Positions 46,784 through 57,784 of a stretch of DNA of 64,000 nt are shown piece after piece. The stretch spans positions 1,664,001-1,728,000 of the forward strand of contig CAXXJV010000001.1 in the NCBI GenBank assembly GCA_963663475.2, in the 5' to 3' direction. Numbering within the stretch: position 1 is the first letter of the stretch; every line of letters starts with the position of its first letter. The notes under the pieces are model-generated. The model did not search any database. It had not been told where the DNA came from and was given only the letters and a program-made list of their open reading frames with translations. Made by a program: the position numbers and the translations under genes. The DNA comes from Candidatus Cloacimonadales bacterium. Lineage in GTDB: Bacteria > Cloacimonadota > Cloacimonadia > Cloacimonadales > JAFGVF01.

Positions 46784-47806
46784 ATGAAAGAAAAGCTTAA
46801 GCAGATAATAGCCAAGGCTGAATCAGAATTAAATTCAATAACTTCTAAACCTGAATTATTGAATGCAAAATCTAGAATAATTGGAAAAAAGAGCCAACTA
46901 AACTCTTTGATGAAAAATATTAAAGATATTGCTCCTGAAGACCGCCGAGAATTTGGCCAATTAGTTAATGAAGCAAAGAATTATCTGCAAAATTTAATCG
47001 ATAAAAGAACTGAAATTATCGATGAACTAATATATAAAGAACAAATTGCCTCTTCCCGCATTGATCTAACAATGCCGGGAAGAAGGATTGTTCAAGGTGG
47101 ACTACATCCTCTCACAAAAATTTGGAGAGAAGTGGAGGACACCTTTCTTAGTATGGGTTTTGAAATTGCAGATGGCTTTGATGTAGAAGATGAATTTCAT
47201 AATTTTGATGCCTTAAATACCCCTAAAGACCATCCATCCCGAAATTTAGCAGATACCTTCTATGTAGAAGATAATATTTTACTTAGAACTCAAACATCAA
47301 CTGTTCAAATCAGAACAATGGAAAACTATCAACCTCCTATTAGAATTATTGCTCCAGGACGTTGCTATCGTAACGATAAAATGGATGCGTCACATTCTCC
47401 TGTATTCCATCAAGTAGAAGCTTTAGTGGTTGATGAAAACATCTCTTTCGCTGATTTAAAAGATACACTCAATATCTTTGTTCAAAAGATGTTTGGTCCT
47501 AATACTAAATCAAGAATTAGACCGCATTTCTTCCCCTTCACTGAACCAAGTGCTGAAATTGATATCTCCTGCGTTAACTGCGGAGGAAGTGGCTGTAGAA
47601 TCTGTAAGAATAGTGGTTGGCTAGAAATGGGTGGGGCTGGTATGGTCGATCCAGCAGTACTTGAAACAGTTGGAATTGACCCAGAAAAATACACAGGCTA
47701 TGCTTTCGGATTAGGTATTGATAGAATTACTATGCTCAAATATAATATACCAGATTTGAGAATACTCTTTGAGAATGATTTAAGATTTTTAAAACAATAT
47801 AGATAG
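46784..47806 (+). CDS. pheS: Phenylalanine-tRNA ligase alpha subunit
   Basis: NFDALN, LLRTQTS, FPFTEPS, FGLGIDR. Confidence 0.97.
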   Translation: MKEKLKQIIAKAESELNSITSKPELLNAKSRIIGKKSQLNSLMKNIKDIAPEDRREFGQLVNEAKNYLQNLIDKRTEIIDELIYKEQIASSRIDLTMPGRRIVQGGLHPLTKIWREVEDTFLSMGFEIADGFDVEDEFHNFDALNTPKDHPSRNLADTFYVEDNILLRTQTSTVQIRTMENYQPPIRIIAPGRCYRNDKMDASHSPVFHQVEALVVDENISFADLKDTLNIFVQKMFGPNTKSRIRPHFFPFTEPSAEIDISCVNCGGSGCRICKNSGWLEMGGAGMVDPAVLETVGIDPEKYTGYAFGLGIDRITMLKYNIPDLRILFENDLRFLKQYR

Positions 47807-47818
47807 GGTTTAGGGATT

Positions 47819-50230
47819 ATGAAAATTAGTTATAAATGGTTAAAAGATTATGTAGATTTGGACGTAGACCCTAAAACTTTAGAAGACCACCTTACATTTG
47901 CTGGTATCGAAGTAGAAGAAATTGAACATATAGGTCAAGATTTACAGCAATTTAAAGTTGCTCAAGTCTTATCAGCTGAAAAATTAGAAGGCTCAGATCA
48001 TCTACAAGTTTGCCAGGTTGATGATGGTAGTGAAGAAACCCTTCAAGTAGTTTGTGGGGCTCCTAATTGTAGAAGTGGTTTAAAAGTAGCCTTTGCTCCA
48101 ATTGGCTCAGTCATAGGTGGGGAATTCAAAATTAAAAAAGCTAAACTTAAAGGTGTAGCTTCTTTTGGTATGATTTGCTCGGCTAAAGAATTAGGAATTT
48201 CTGAAGACCATGAAGGCATTATGGAACTTGCTTCTGATGCAATTATTGGACAGGACTTAGCTAGTTATTTAGATTTTAATGATATAGTTTATGATGTTGA
48301 AATTACTCCTAATCGCCCAGATTTACTAGGAATGATAGGGGTTGCACGTGATGTATCTGCCCTTTATCACAAAAAACTTAAGCTACCTCAAACTAAAGAA
48401 TGGCAAAGTGTCAATGATATTAAAGATTCTCTTAAGCTAGGCATAAGTAATCCAGAAAAATGTTCTCGCTATATAGCGACTGTGATTAAAAATGTTTCTA
48501 TTAAAGAATCTCCTGATTGGCTAAAGAAAAGACTAATAGCAGTTGGACTCAGACCAATCAATAATATTGTAGATATTACTAACTTTATCTTGATGGAAAC
48601 TGGTCATCCTATTCATGCCTTTGACTACGATAAAATTGCAGGGCAAGAAATTATTGTCCGCGATGCTTTAGAAAATGAAAGTTTCCCAGCCCTTAACGGA
48701 GATAAATTAACACTATCGACAGATGATTTAGTTATTGCTGATGCAGAAAAGGCTATTGGACTAGCTGGAGTAATGGGGGGAGCAAATTCAGAAATTACTG
48801 AAAATACCAAAAATATAGTTATTGAGTCTGCTTGCTTTAATTATGCTACTATCAGAAGAACTTCTCAAAGGCATAAACTCTTCTCAGACTCTTCCTATAG
48901 ATTCGAAAGAGGATTATCTCCTGAAACACCTGTTTTTGCCAGAGATAGAGCTGTTGACCTTATCTTAGACTTAGCTGGCGGTAACCTGCAAAAAGGATCC
49001 TTAGACATCTATCAAAATCCAGATTCTGCTAAGATAATCGTTAAACTAAGACCAGCGAGAGTTACTAAAGTTCTAGGAAGTCAAATTCCTGTAACGGAGA
49101 TTAAATCTTATCTAAAGGCCTTAGGTTTAGAGCTTTTACAGGAAAATGACCAGTGCTTAGAATATAAGATTCCTCATTTTAGAGGAGATCTTTCCAGAGA
49201 AATTGATTTAATTGAGGAGATAGTAAGACTGCATGGATATAACAATATTCCTGCAAAAACTAAACCACAAGGTATCATGAACCTACAGCACTTTAAGTTA
49301 GAAAGAAAAATTAAAGACTTAATGGTTACTGCAGGCTTATACGAAGTGATTAATCTAAGTCTTTTTGATCCAGAAAATCTTAACAAACTTAGACTTGCTC
49401 AAGATGATTATAGAAGAAATTTTGTTGAACTCAAAAACCCTCAGAGTAATGTACTTAAAGCAATGCGAACTACATTAATAACAAACCTCTTAAACTGTGC
49501 CGAATATAACATCAATAGAGGCAATAAAGATGTCCGTATTTTTGAGCTTAATAAAATTATTCTGAATAATTATGACAAGACTACAGAAGAAAGAAAACAC
49601 CTAACAGTCCTTCTTTCTGGAAACCGTTTTGATGGTTATTGGAAGGATAATCAAAGTAAATGTGATTTCTATGACCTTAAAGGTATTGCAGAAGACTTGC
49701 TAGCAGAAACTAACCTTACTGCTACTTTTATACCATCCAAGGAAAGCTACTATACCGAAAATCATGCTCTCGATATCATGATTGGGAAAAATAAAGTAGC
49801 ATCTTTAGGACAAATAGATCCTAAAATCGCTAAAAGCTTTGATATTAATACTGTTGATTTAAAGCAAGATGTTTATATTTTTGATATCAATTTATCAGAA
49901 GTGTATCAGTTAATGGACTTTTCAGACAGAGAATTTTCAGAAATAAATAGATTCCCTAATGTGATTAGAGACCTATCTTTCCATGTAGATTCTCAAGTGC
50001 CTGTTGCTGACATTATTTCATCAATAGAACTTGTAAATAAATCAGTTGTGCAAAATGTGTCTTTAATTGATCAATATAAAGGTAAGAATATTCCTAGCGG
50101 AAAAAGAAGTTTAACTTTTAGTATAACTCTAAATTCTGCAAATAAAACATTGACAGATAAATTTGTCGAACAATTAATGAAAAAAGTAATTCAAAACTTA
50201 GAGAAAAAATTTAATATTGAAATGAGGTAA
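47819..50230 (+). CDS. pheT: Phenylalanine-tRNA ligase beta subunit
   Basis: VCGAPN, TPNRPD, VDITN, RFERG, DLIEEI, C-terminal FDX-ACB. Confidence 0.97.
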   Translation: MKISYKWLKDYVDLDVDPKTLEDHLTFAGIEVEEIEHIGQDLQQFKVAQVLSAEKLEGSDHLQVCQVDDGSEETLQVVCGAPNCRSGLKVAFAPIGSVIGGEFKIKKAKLKGVASFGMICSAKELGISEDHEGIMELASDAIIGQDLASYLDFNDIVYDVEITPNRPDLLGMIGVARDVSALYHKKLKLPQTKEWQSVNDIKDSLKLGISNPEKCSRYIATVIKNVSIKESPDWLKKRLIAVGLRPINNIVDITNFILMETGHPIHAFDYDKIAGQEIIVRDALENESFPALNGDKLTLSTDDLVIADAEKAIGLAGVMGGANSEITENTKNIVIESACFNYATIRRTSQRHKLFSDSSYRFERGLSPETPVFARDRAVDLILDLAGGNLQKGSLDIYQNPDSAKIIVKLRPARVTKVLGSQIPVTEIKSYLKALGLELLQENDQCLEYKIPHFRGDLSREIDLIEEIVRLHGYNNIPAKTKPQGIMNLQHFKLERKIKDLMVTAGLYEVINLSLFDPENLNKLRLAQDDYRRNFVELKNPQSNVLKAMRTTLITNLLNCAEYNINRGNKDVRIFELNKIILNNYDKTTEERKHLTVLLSGNRFDGYWKDNQSKCDFYDLKGIAEDLLAETNLTATFIPSKESYYTENHALDIMIGKNKVASLGQIDPKIAKSFDINTVDLKQDVYIFDINLSEVYQLMDFSDREFSEINRFPNVIRDLSFHVDSQVPVADIISSIELVNKSVVQNVSLIDQYKGKNIPSGKRSLTFSITLNSANKTLTDKFVEQLMKKVIQNLEKKFNIEMR

Positions 50231-50235
50231 GTAAA

Positions 50236-50616
50236 ATGAATCAAGTGAATATGAATAATATAAATCAGAAAATTCAGAAGCTAATTGAAAAATATAGAGC
50301 TCTTGAAGCTGAAAATAATAATAATTTAGAAACTATTTCTAAATTAGAGCAAGTTGTAGAAGAACAATCAAACAATATTGCAAATCTTAATGAAACATTA
50401 GAAAATAAAGAACTACAAATAATGACTCATGAAGATACTATCAATGAACTTAATAAGTCAATTGAAGATTTAAGACAAACAAGAGCTAACCTAGAAACTA
50501 AAGTTAGTGAACTTCAATCTGCTCTAGATAATATCGGTAATACAGCAAACGAAATCGATTCAAAACTTTCTGATATGTTCCCTGATATAGATCTTTCAGA
50601 TATTGATAATCTATAA
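50236..50616 (+). CDS. Coiled-coil protein, ZapB-like by position
   Basis: Heptad-rich; lies between pheT and zapA. Confidence 0.6.
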   Translation: MNQVNMNNINQKIQKLIEKYRALEAENNNNLETISKLEQVVEEQSNNIANLNETLENKELQIMTHEDTINELNKSIEDLRQTRANLETKVSELQSALDNIGNTANEIDSKLSDMFPDIDLSDIDNL

Positions 50617-50631
50617 TTTTAAGAATACTAT

Positions 50632-50892
50632 ATGAAAGAAATTCAATTTGAATTATTAGGTAAACATTTCAGTGTCAAAACAGATGACCCTGATAAACTA
50701 GAAAGAACAATATTAGATTTAAAAAAATTCCTTAGAGAAATGTCTTTGGAGTATAAAAGCCTAGATCTAAATAAATTCTTGCTCTACTGTATGCTGAAAA
50801 TGACTGATCAGATGATCACTATTCAAGATCAATTGTCTCAGTTTAATAATCAGATTGATACTATTGATATTGACTCCTTTTTGGATGAATAA
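50632..50892 (+). CDS. zapA: Cell division protein ZapA-like
   Basis: IQFELLGKHFSV beta start plus helical tail; pheT-zapA-ssrS-rny synteny. Confidence 0.7.
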   Translation: MKEIQFELLGKHFSVKTDDPDKLERTILDLKKFLREMSLEYKSLDLNKFLLYCMLKMTDQMITIQDQLSQFNNQIDTIDIDSFLDE

Positions 50893-50898
50893 TATTTT

Positions 50899-51070
50899 AC
50901 TTCTGCAATATTAGTGATCTTTCATTGAAGAAGAACTAACATTAAATAGGGAATCGAGCCATTGGTGGCACTCAAGCCGTCTTTGTTACGGATCAGTAAA
51001 GCTGATAAGGTAGATGCCCACCTTGAACGGAGTTCTAGGTTTTCAATAATGGACACGGTATTGCGGAAAT
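50899..51070 (+). ncRNA. ssrS: 6S RNA
   Basis: ~170 nt; closing stem TTCTGCAATA / TATTGCGGAA, internal GAACT/AGTTC and GGTGG/CCACC pairings; canonical position between zapA and rny. Confidence 0.8.
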
Positions 51071-51127
51071 TTTTTTAACAAAAGTTAGATCCTTTACTAA
51101 AGGATAGAATATAGATAAAGAGAGGAT

Positions 51128-52690
51128 ATGATGGAATTAATATATATTGCCATTGGGATAATTATCGGTGTTTTAGCTATGGGGATTGTTTATATAGTCC
51201 TTAGAAAAAAAGCTTTTAGCCTTATTAGTAATCAAAAATTAATTGCTGAGCAAATTATTGAAGAAGCTAAGGATAAAGCTAAAACCCTCAAGAAAGAGAA
51301 AATTCTTGAAGGAAAAGAAGAATGGTATCAACAGAAAAAAGTTCTTGAAGATGAGATTAAAGACCGCCAAAAAGAACTTAGAAAACTTGAAAAAGCATCA
51401 AACGACCGCTTAGCTTCTCTAGACCGCAGACTTGAGTCTTTAGAAAAAAAGGAAGCTAATCTTACTCAACTTGAAAAAAAGAATCACAAATTTGAAGACA
51501 TTTTAAACAAAAGAGCTGATGAAATTGACAATTTAATAAGTGACCAACAAAAGAAACTTGAAGAAATTGCAGGTATGACTCATGAAGAAGCTCTTAATCA
51601 ACTTAAAGCAGAACTCATAAGTACAGCTAAAAAGCATACAGCTGGAGAAATTAGACAGATGGTAGAGCAGTTAAAAGCTGATTCAACTGCAAAATCTGCT
51701 GAAATTTTAGCAACTGCAATCCAAAGAATGGCTGTTGATTATGTGTCTGAATCTACTGTATCAGTTGTTTCCTTACCTTCTGATGAAATGAAAGGAAGAA
51801 TTATTGGTCGTGAAGGTCGTAACATCCGTTCTTTCGAAAAAGCATCTGGTGTTGATTTAATCATTGATGATACTCCAGAAGCAGTTGTTCTTTCTTGTTT
51901 TGATCCAATAAGAAGAGAAATAGCTAGACTATCTTTAGAAAAACTTATCTCAGATGGTAGAATACATCCAGGTAGAATTGAAGAAGTAATTGAAAAAACT
52001 GGAAAAGAAATGGATGATCATCTAGTGAAAGTGGGTGAAAAAGCATTCTTAGAAGCTAATATTCATAACATATCACCAAATATTATTAAGATACTTGGTA
52101 GATTAAAATACAGAACAAGTTATGGCCAAAATGTATTACAACATTCAATTGAAACTGCTTGGATTTGTGGTATTATGGCTGCAGAGTTAGGCTTGAATCA
52201 AGAAATGGCACGTAGAGCAGGTCTCCTCCATGATATTGGCAAGGCTATTGATCATGAATTTGATGGTTCTCATGCTGTTATTGGTGCTAATATTGCTCGT
52301 AAAAATGGTGAATGTAAAACTGTTATCAATGCTATTGAAGCTCACCATGAAGATGTATCACCAGATACAGTTTATGCTGCTTTAGTACAAGCATCTGATG
52401 CGATTTCTGGTGCTAGACCAGGTGCCAGAAGAGAAATGTTAGAATCATATATGCAAAGATTATCAAAACTAGAAGAAATTGCTGGTTCTATAGAAGGTGT
52501 AAATAAGTCTTATGCTATTCAGGCTGGTAGGGAATTAAGAATTATTGTTGAACCTACTAACGTAAACGATGAAAGTGCTGCTTTTATAGCCCAAGATATA
52601 GCAAGTAAGATCGAGAAAGAAGTTCAATATCCAGGTACTATTAAAGTTACTGTAATAAGAGAAACAAGACAAATTTCTGTAGCTAAATAG
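51128..52690 (+). CDS. rny: Ribonuclease Y
   Basis: N-terminal TM, coiled coil, KH MKGRIIGREGRNIR, HD LLHDIGK. Confidence 0.97.
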   Translation: MMELIYIAIGIIIGVLAMGIVYIVLRKKAFSLISNQKLIAEQIIEEAKDKAKTLKKEKILEGKEEWYQQKKVLEDEIKDRQKELRKLEKASNDRLASLDRRLESLEKKEANLTQLEKKNHKFEDILNKRADEIDNLISDQQKKLEEIAGMTHEEALNQLKAELISTAKKHTAGEIRQMVEQLKADSTAKSAEILATAIQRMAVDYVSESTVSVVSLPSDEMKGRIIGREGRNIRSFEKASGVDLIIDDTPEAVVLSCFDPIRREIARLSLEKLISDGRIHPGRIEEVIEKTGKEMDDHLVKVGEKAFLEANIHNISPNIIKILGRLKYRTSYGQNVLQHSIETAWICGIMAAELGLNQEMARRAGLLHDIGKAIDHEFDGSHAVIGANIARKNGECKTVINAIEAHHEDVSPDTVYAALVQASDAISGARPGARREMLESYMQRLSKLEEIAGSIEGVNKSYAIQAGRELRIIVEPTNVNDESAAFIAQDIASKIEKEVQYPGTIKVTVIRETRQISVAK

Positions 52691-52692
52691 TC

Positions 52693-53484
52693 ATGCGAAT
52701 TTTATTTCTTGGTGATATTTATGGAAAACCAGGCAGGGAAGTTTTAAAAAGAAATTTAAAACACCTTAAGAAAGAGTTTTCTGTTGATATTTGTATTGCA
52801 AATTTCGAAAATCTTGCAGATGGAAGAGGTATTAGTGAGAAATGTGCTAGGTCCACTTTCTCTTATGGTGTTGATTTTGCCACTGGTGGCAACCATTTAT
52901 GGGATAAAGCTGATTCCTTAACTTACCTTGCTCAAGAGAAAAGAATTTGCAAACCAATGAACTATCCTAAACCTGAAATTGGAATGGAGTATATCCAAAC
53001 TAAAATTAACAATAAAGATATATTAATATTGAATTTAGCAGGACAAAGCTTTATGCCTCCTGCTAATTCTCCTTTTGAAACAATTGATAACTTTCTCAGC
53101 AATTATTCCAGACAAGACTATCTAATCTTTGTAGATTTTCATGCTGAAGCAACTGCTGAAAAAAGAGCTCTAGCCTGGTATTTAGATGGTAGAGTTTCTG
53201 CCCTAGTGGGAACCCATACTCATATTCAGACTGCTGATGAGCAAATCCTACCCCAAGGAACTGCATATTTAACAGATGCTGGTATGACTGGTGGGCATGA
53301 GTCTGTTATTGGCGTACAAAAAGATATCATACTATCTAATATTAAAGATGGAATTCATAAACCTTATAAAGTCTCTCAAAGAGGTTTAGAAATTAATGGG
53401 GTCTTGATTGATATTGATGATGACTATAATACAAGTAAAGAAATAATTAGAATTAGGAGATGCTTTGATGGAGAAAAATCTTAA
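52693..53484 (+). CDS. ymdB: YmdB/TIGR00282 metallophosphoesterase
   Basis: LGDIYG, GNH, DFHAEATAEK, GTHTH, DAGMTG. Confidence 0.93.
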   Translation: MRILFLGDIYGKPGREVLKRNLKHLKKEFSVDICIANFENLADGRGISEKCARSTFSYGVDFATGGNHLWDKADSLTYLAQEKRICKPMNYPKPEIGMEYIQTKINNKDILILNLAGQSFMPPANSPFETIDNFLSNYSRQDYLIFVDFHAEATAEKRALAWYLDGRVSALVGTHTHIQTADEQILPQGTAYLTDAGMTGGHESVIGVQKDIILSNIKDGIHKPYKVSQRGLEINGVLIDIDDDYNTSKEIIRIRRCFDGEKS

Positions 53485-54331
53485 AGCTAAGCCGTTAATT
53501 AAAGATAAATACAAAGAACTTCAAACAGAAATTAATAACCTTTCAGATGCATTAATCATGAAAGTTATTAGAATTGGACAAGATCCTGCATCAGCTTTTT
53601 ATGTTCAGAATATCTTGAACAGAGGTAAGAAAATAGGAGCTGAAGTTCATCTTGTTACTTTAGAAGAAGGTATAGAGCAAGACCAATTGATCCAGTTAAT
53701 TGAAGATTATAATAATGATGCTTCAGTTGCTGGGATTATGTTGCAAAAACCTTTACCTAAAGATTTTGATGAAGCTAAAATTAATTCTTTAATTAAGCCC
53801 GAGAAGGATGTTGATGGCTTTCATCCAGAGAATTTAGGTAAGCTCTTACTTGAACAAGATGGACTTTTTCCCTGCACTGCTACTGCTTGTTTGACTATGC
53901 TAGACTATTATGATATTGAGACATCTGGCAAGAATGTAGTAGTTTTGGGTAGGTCTGCTATTGTGGGAAAACCACTGGCTAATATGTTACTTAGAAAAGA
54001 TAAGACAGGTAATGCAACTGTTACTGTTTGCCATAGCCGAACACAAAACCTACAAGAAGTAACAAAGAAAGCTGATATTCTTATTGCTGCTATAGGCAAG
54101 GCTAACTTTGTTACCAGAGATTTTGTGAAGGAAGATTGTATTGTAATAGATGTAGGTATTAACGAAGTTATAGATGCTGATGGAAATGCTTCCTATGTAG
54201 GTGATGTAGCTTATGATGATGTCTTTAACCAGGTCTCTGCAATAAGCCCAGTGCCTGGAGGAGTAGGATCAGTAACTACCTATGAATTGTTCAAAAATTT
54301 ATTAAAAGCAAAAAAAATGCAGAAAAAATAA
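53468..54331 (+). CDS. folD: Bifunctional methylene-THF dehydrogenase/cyclohydrolase
   Basis: KDVDG, GRSAIVGKP, ATVTVCHS, VPGGVG. Confidence 0.95.
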   Translation: MEKNLKAKPLIKDKYKELQTEINNLSDALIMKVIRIGQDPASAFYVQNILNRGKKIGAEVHLVTLEEGIEQDQLIQLIEDYNNDASVAGIMLQKPLPKDFDEAKINSLIKPEKDVDGFHPENLGKLLLEQDGLFPCTATACLTMLDYYDIETSGKNVVVLGRSAIVGKPLANMLLRKDKTGNATVTVCHSRTQNLQEVTKKADILIAAIGKANFVTRDFVKEDCIVIDVGINEVIDADGNASYVGDVAYDDVFNQVSAISPVPGGVGSVTTYELFKNLLKAKKMQKK

Positions 54332-54405
54332 ATAAATATATTGACTAAATAAAACAAACTTGAAAAATTAACTTTAAAATTATAATAATTAATGACCTTG
54401 GGAGG

Positions 54406-56805
54406 ATGTTAATGCGTAAAGCTTTAAAAATGAGTCTGCTTTTAGGGACTATTTTAGTTCTTTTAGCTCTCACTGCATGTGGAGTTGATGGTGATTATAA
54501 TAGCAATAAGAAACCAATGATAAGTATTACTTCTTGGGAAGGAGTTGAAGAAGCAGCAGCTCTTGATACTTTAGAAAGTTTAGTTTTCCAACAAAAAGTT
54601 TATTGGAATGCTAATGATGATGACGGAACAATTGCTGGTATAGCATATAGAATTTTAGATGAAAACGGTAATCCAATACCTACACCTGGTAACTCAGTTA
54701 TTGATGAAACAGGTGAATTAGAATCTGTTGTTGATGAAAACGGTAACCAACTCTTAGGTTGGGTAATTCACTATAAACCAGGTGCTAACGAAAATATCCC
54801 TCTAGAAAGTAATCTTGCAAAGAAAACTATCTGGTCTCAATTGCAGTATGCTACTGTAAATTTCCCTGCAAACGAAGATGGTCAGCCTGCTGATGTTGTA
54901 TCTAGTATTGAAGTTGTTTGTTTAGACAACATGGGTGCTATCAGTAATGTAGCAAGAAAAAACTTCAAAACAACCTCATCTGTTCCAACTTGTATTCTCT
55001 CTACTTCAAGGGGTAATCCTGATGGTAAACAAGTGGGTACAGGCTTATTTATAACTTTCTCTATGTCAACAACACCTGGTGATCCTTTTGGCGTTCCTGG
55101 TGCTGATTACTTTGAATATAAAGTTGGTAAGTACGTTTATGATGAAGATGCTGATTCTCTTGATGTTCCTGAATTGATTGAAGAAACAGAATGGTTTACC
55201 ACTGACTCTAATCAAATTCTTTTAACTAAAGATACTAACCCTTCATTAACTGCTGATTTTGATGGTACAGACCCTGATGCTGAACAACTCACTTTCACAA
55301 GAGTAACAGCTCATGCTTATAATTTCGCTGGTGTTAAATCAAACGAATCTGAAATTGAATTTGCTGTTAAAGAAGGATTCCATCCTAAAACTTTAATTTA
55401 CTCTCAAAAAGTGTATGGCTTAGGTGATTATCACTATAAAGATTATACTGATCCAAGTGATTTAGAAACCTATCCTTATATCTTAAAAGATGGTCCTATT
55501 CCAGTTATCTATGCTAATAAATTCTTTGTTGATAACGAAGGAAGATATTCAGCTGTTAACTCAACTAACTTCAAAGTATTTGCGAAATGGGGTTATGCTG
55601 GTCAATATGGTGTACCTCCAACATCAAGTTCAGGTTCTCCATTTTTCTCAAACAACCCATACGATACTGAGTTAGGTCGCGTTCTTAATGAAGCTGATAA
55701 TAAAGACTATTATTCAGAAATCGTTGCTTTTGATATTCGTTTCGATGATCAACCATATGATTTTTACGCCTTATCCCAAGATCCAGACAATATAGTTACT
55801 CACGATGATGGAACTCAATGGTTACGAGTACCAAAAAATAGTGTATGGTCAATTTCTAATGGTTTAGAACTAGGTAACCTAGCAAATGGTATGCACAAAT
55901 TAGAAATCGCTGCTGTTGATTTACAGTATGAATATGACCCTACTCCTGCAGTATTTGAATTCTACTTAGCAGAATATGTTCCTAAAGAAAATAGAGAAAG
56001 AACTCTTGTCCTAGATGCATCAGAATTTACCGAATCTACACTCGATTATATTACAGCTTATACAGACTCTGTATATACTCGTGTTCTTGGTGATTATCCA
56101 AATATTGATTTCTGGGAAAGATTACCTTTACAACAGAATTCAGGTCTTTCAGCTCAAGAATATGGTATTGCTTACACTGATTTATTAAACTATAAAAATA
56201 TTATTTATAGAGAAGAATCAAACTCAAATACTGAAAAACTTGTTTATGACCATGATGCCTTAAAATTATATCTTAACAATGGTGGTAATTTAATTATATC
56301 TGCTGCTAAGAATATCAAAGGTATTAATAACTCTTTTGTTAACCAAGGTAAAAACATTTTCAGAAACTTCTTTGGTATTAGATATGATGGAAATGCTATT
56401 GTTGCTCTTGAAAACACAGTAACAACACCATATATCATTGGTGCTAATCCTACTGATGATGCTTCAATCTTTGGAAATTTACCAACTCTTGATCTGCATG
56501 TTGCTCCTTATAGTTATACTCTAAATCTCTTTGGTGCCTTACTTGACTTATCATATTTCGCAGAAGATTATGCTAACCTAGAAGACACTCAAACAAAGAT
56601 TATTTATAGATCAAAAGCTAAACCTGTTCAAGTTGGAGTTCCTTACACTCCTCAAACTGAAGAAGTATTCAACCAATTTAATGGCTTACCTTTAGCAATT
56701 GGTAAAATCACTCCTCAAAACAAATGTATGGTTACTTCTTTCCCTATCTCATTTATGGAAGAAGCTGATATAGAAGAATTATTCCAAGAAATCTTGAATG
56801 ATTAA
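54406..56805 (+). CDS. Large acidic lipoprotein of unknown function
   Basis: Lipobox LTAC; Ig-like segments (GMHKLEIAAVD...DPTPA); C-terminal YLNNGGNLII alpha/beta domain. Confidence 0.75.
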   Translation: MLMRKALKMSLLLGTILVLLALTACGVDGDYNSNKKPMISITSWEGVEEAAALDTLESLVFQQKVYWNANDDDGTIAGIAYRILDENGNPIPTPGNSVIDETGELESVVDENGNQLLGWVIHYKPGANENIPLESNLAKKTIWSQLQYATVNFPANEDGQPADVVSSIEVVCLDNMGAISNVARKNFKTTSSVPTCILSTSRGNPDGKQVGTGLFITFSMSTTPGDPFGVPGADYFEYKVGKYVYDEDADSLDVPELIEETEWFTTDSNQILLTKDTNPSLTADFDGTDPDAEQLTFTRVTAHAYNFAGVKSNESEIEFAVKEGFHPKTLIYSQKVYGLGDYHYKDYTDPSDLETYPYILKDGPIPVIYANKFFVDNEGRYSAVNSTNFKVFAKWGYAGQYGVPPTSSSGSPFFSNNPYDTELGRVLNEADNKDYYSEIVAFDIRFDDQPYDFYALSQDPDNIVTHDDGTQWLRVPKNSVWSISNGLELGNLANGMHKLEIAAVDLQYEYDPTPAVFEFYLAEYVPKENRERTLVLDASEFTESTLDYITAYTDSVYTRVLGDYPNIDFWERLPLQQNSGLSAQEYGIAYTDLLNYKNIIYREESNSNTEKLVYDHDALKLYLNNGGNLIISAAKNIKGINNSFVNQGKNIFRNFFGIRYDGNAIVALENTVTTPYIIGANPTDDASIFGNLPTLDLHVAPYSYTLNLFGALLDLSYFAEDYANLEDTQTKIIYRSKAKPVQVGVPYTPQTEEVFNQFNGLPLAIGKITPQNKCMVTSFPISFMEEADIEELFQEILND

Positions 56806-56835
56806 TTCAATAGTAATAAATAAAAACTAATAGAT

Positions 56836-56871
56836 AATAATGGCAACTGATCAGTTGCCATTATTTTTTTT
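56836..56871 (+). terminator. Intrinsic terminator
   Basis: AATAATGGCAACTGATCAGTTGCCATTATT palindrome followed by T-tract. Confidence 0.8.
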
Positions 56872-56884
56872 AAGGAGATCTTAT

Positions 56885-57784
56885 ATGAAAAACAAAATTT
56901 GGAGATTTTTAATTGTTATCACTTTATTCTCAACAATCTTAGCTTGTTCTAGTAATAAACACGACCCTCTGCAAGGTGGGGAAATGATGTTCTGGAAAGT
57001 TTCAGATGAAGATTCAGCAGTTTACTTACTAGGCTCAATCCACTTTGGAAAAGCTGAGTTTTATCCTATGCCTGACCTTATTAATGAAGCTTATGATAAG
57101 AGTGATATTTTAGGGGTTGAAGTAAATTTATTAGCAGTTGATCAACTTGCTCTCCAAGAAGTTATGATGCAGAATATGTATTATCAAGATGGAAGTAAAC
57201 TTCTTGATCATATAAGCCCTGAAACTGCTGAACTTCTTGCTGAATATCTTGAAAGCAAGGGAATGAATTTAGAAATGTTTGCTGGAATGAAAGCAGGAGC
57301 CTTGATACTTACTATTTCAGGTATGGAAGCTCAAATGGCTGGTCTGAATCCTCAATATGGTATTGATATGCATTATCTAATTAAAGCCCAAGAAGAAGGT
57401 AAGGATATTATAGAACTTGAATCTATTAAGAGTCAAATGGAAATGATGTTTGGTCAAGAGGAATTAGCTGAAGGGATGTTGTATAAAACTCTCAAAGATG
57501 CAGCAGATTACCAGCAAATGCTAGATTCTCTAGCTACCATCTGGCAAGCAGGAGACGCTTTGGCCATGAAGGAATTAATGACTGGCTGGGATACTCCTGA
57601 AGAAAAACTTTACCTAGATAAACTCTTTGGTCAAAGAGATATTGAGATGACAGAAAAGATTGAAGAAATGCTTTTAAATAACAAAAAAGCTTTTATAATA
57701 TTAGGTGCTGGCCACTTTGTTAATCAAGAGGGGATTATTAATAGGTTAGCTGATAGGAATAAATATCAGATAATAAAATACTAG
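56885..57784 (+). CDS. TraB/GumN family lipoprotein
   Basis: Lipobox ILAC; YLLGSIH, GID, LESIKSQ, GAGHF; ATG 56885 behind AAGGAG. Confidence 0.9.
   Translation: MKNKIWRFLIVITLFSTILACSSNKHDPLQGGEMMFWKVSDEDSAVYLLGSIHFGKAEFYPMPDLINEAYDKSDILGVEVNLLAVDQLALQEVMMQNMYYQDGSKLLDHISPETAELLAEYLESKGMNLEMFAGMKAGALILTISGMEAQMAGLNPQYGIDMHYLIKAQEEGKDIIELESIKSQMEMMFGQEELAEGMLYKTLKDAADYQQMLDSLATIWQAGDALAMKELMTGWDTPEEKLYLDKLFGQRDIEMTEKIEEMLLNNKKAFIILGAGHFVNQEGIINRLADRNKYQIIKY

Noticed and set aside
4906-56885. Longest-ORF starts at 4906, 10224, 27451, 34511 and 56840
   Set aside because: Downstream ATGs (4957, 10266, 27406, 34598, 56885) have SD sequences and avoid overlaps with genes, UAS or terminators.
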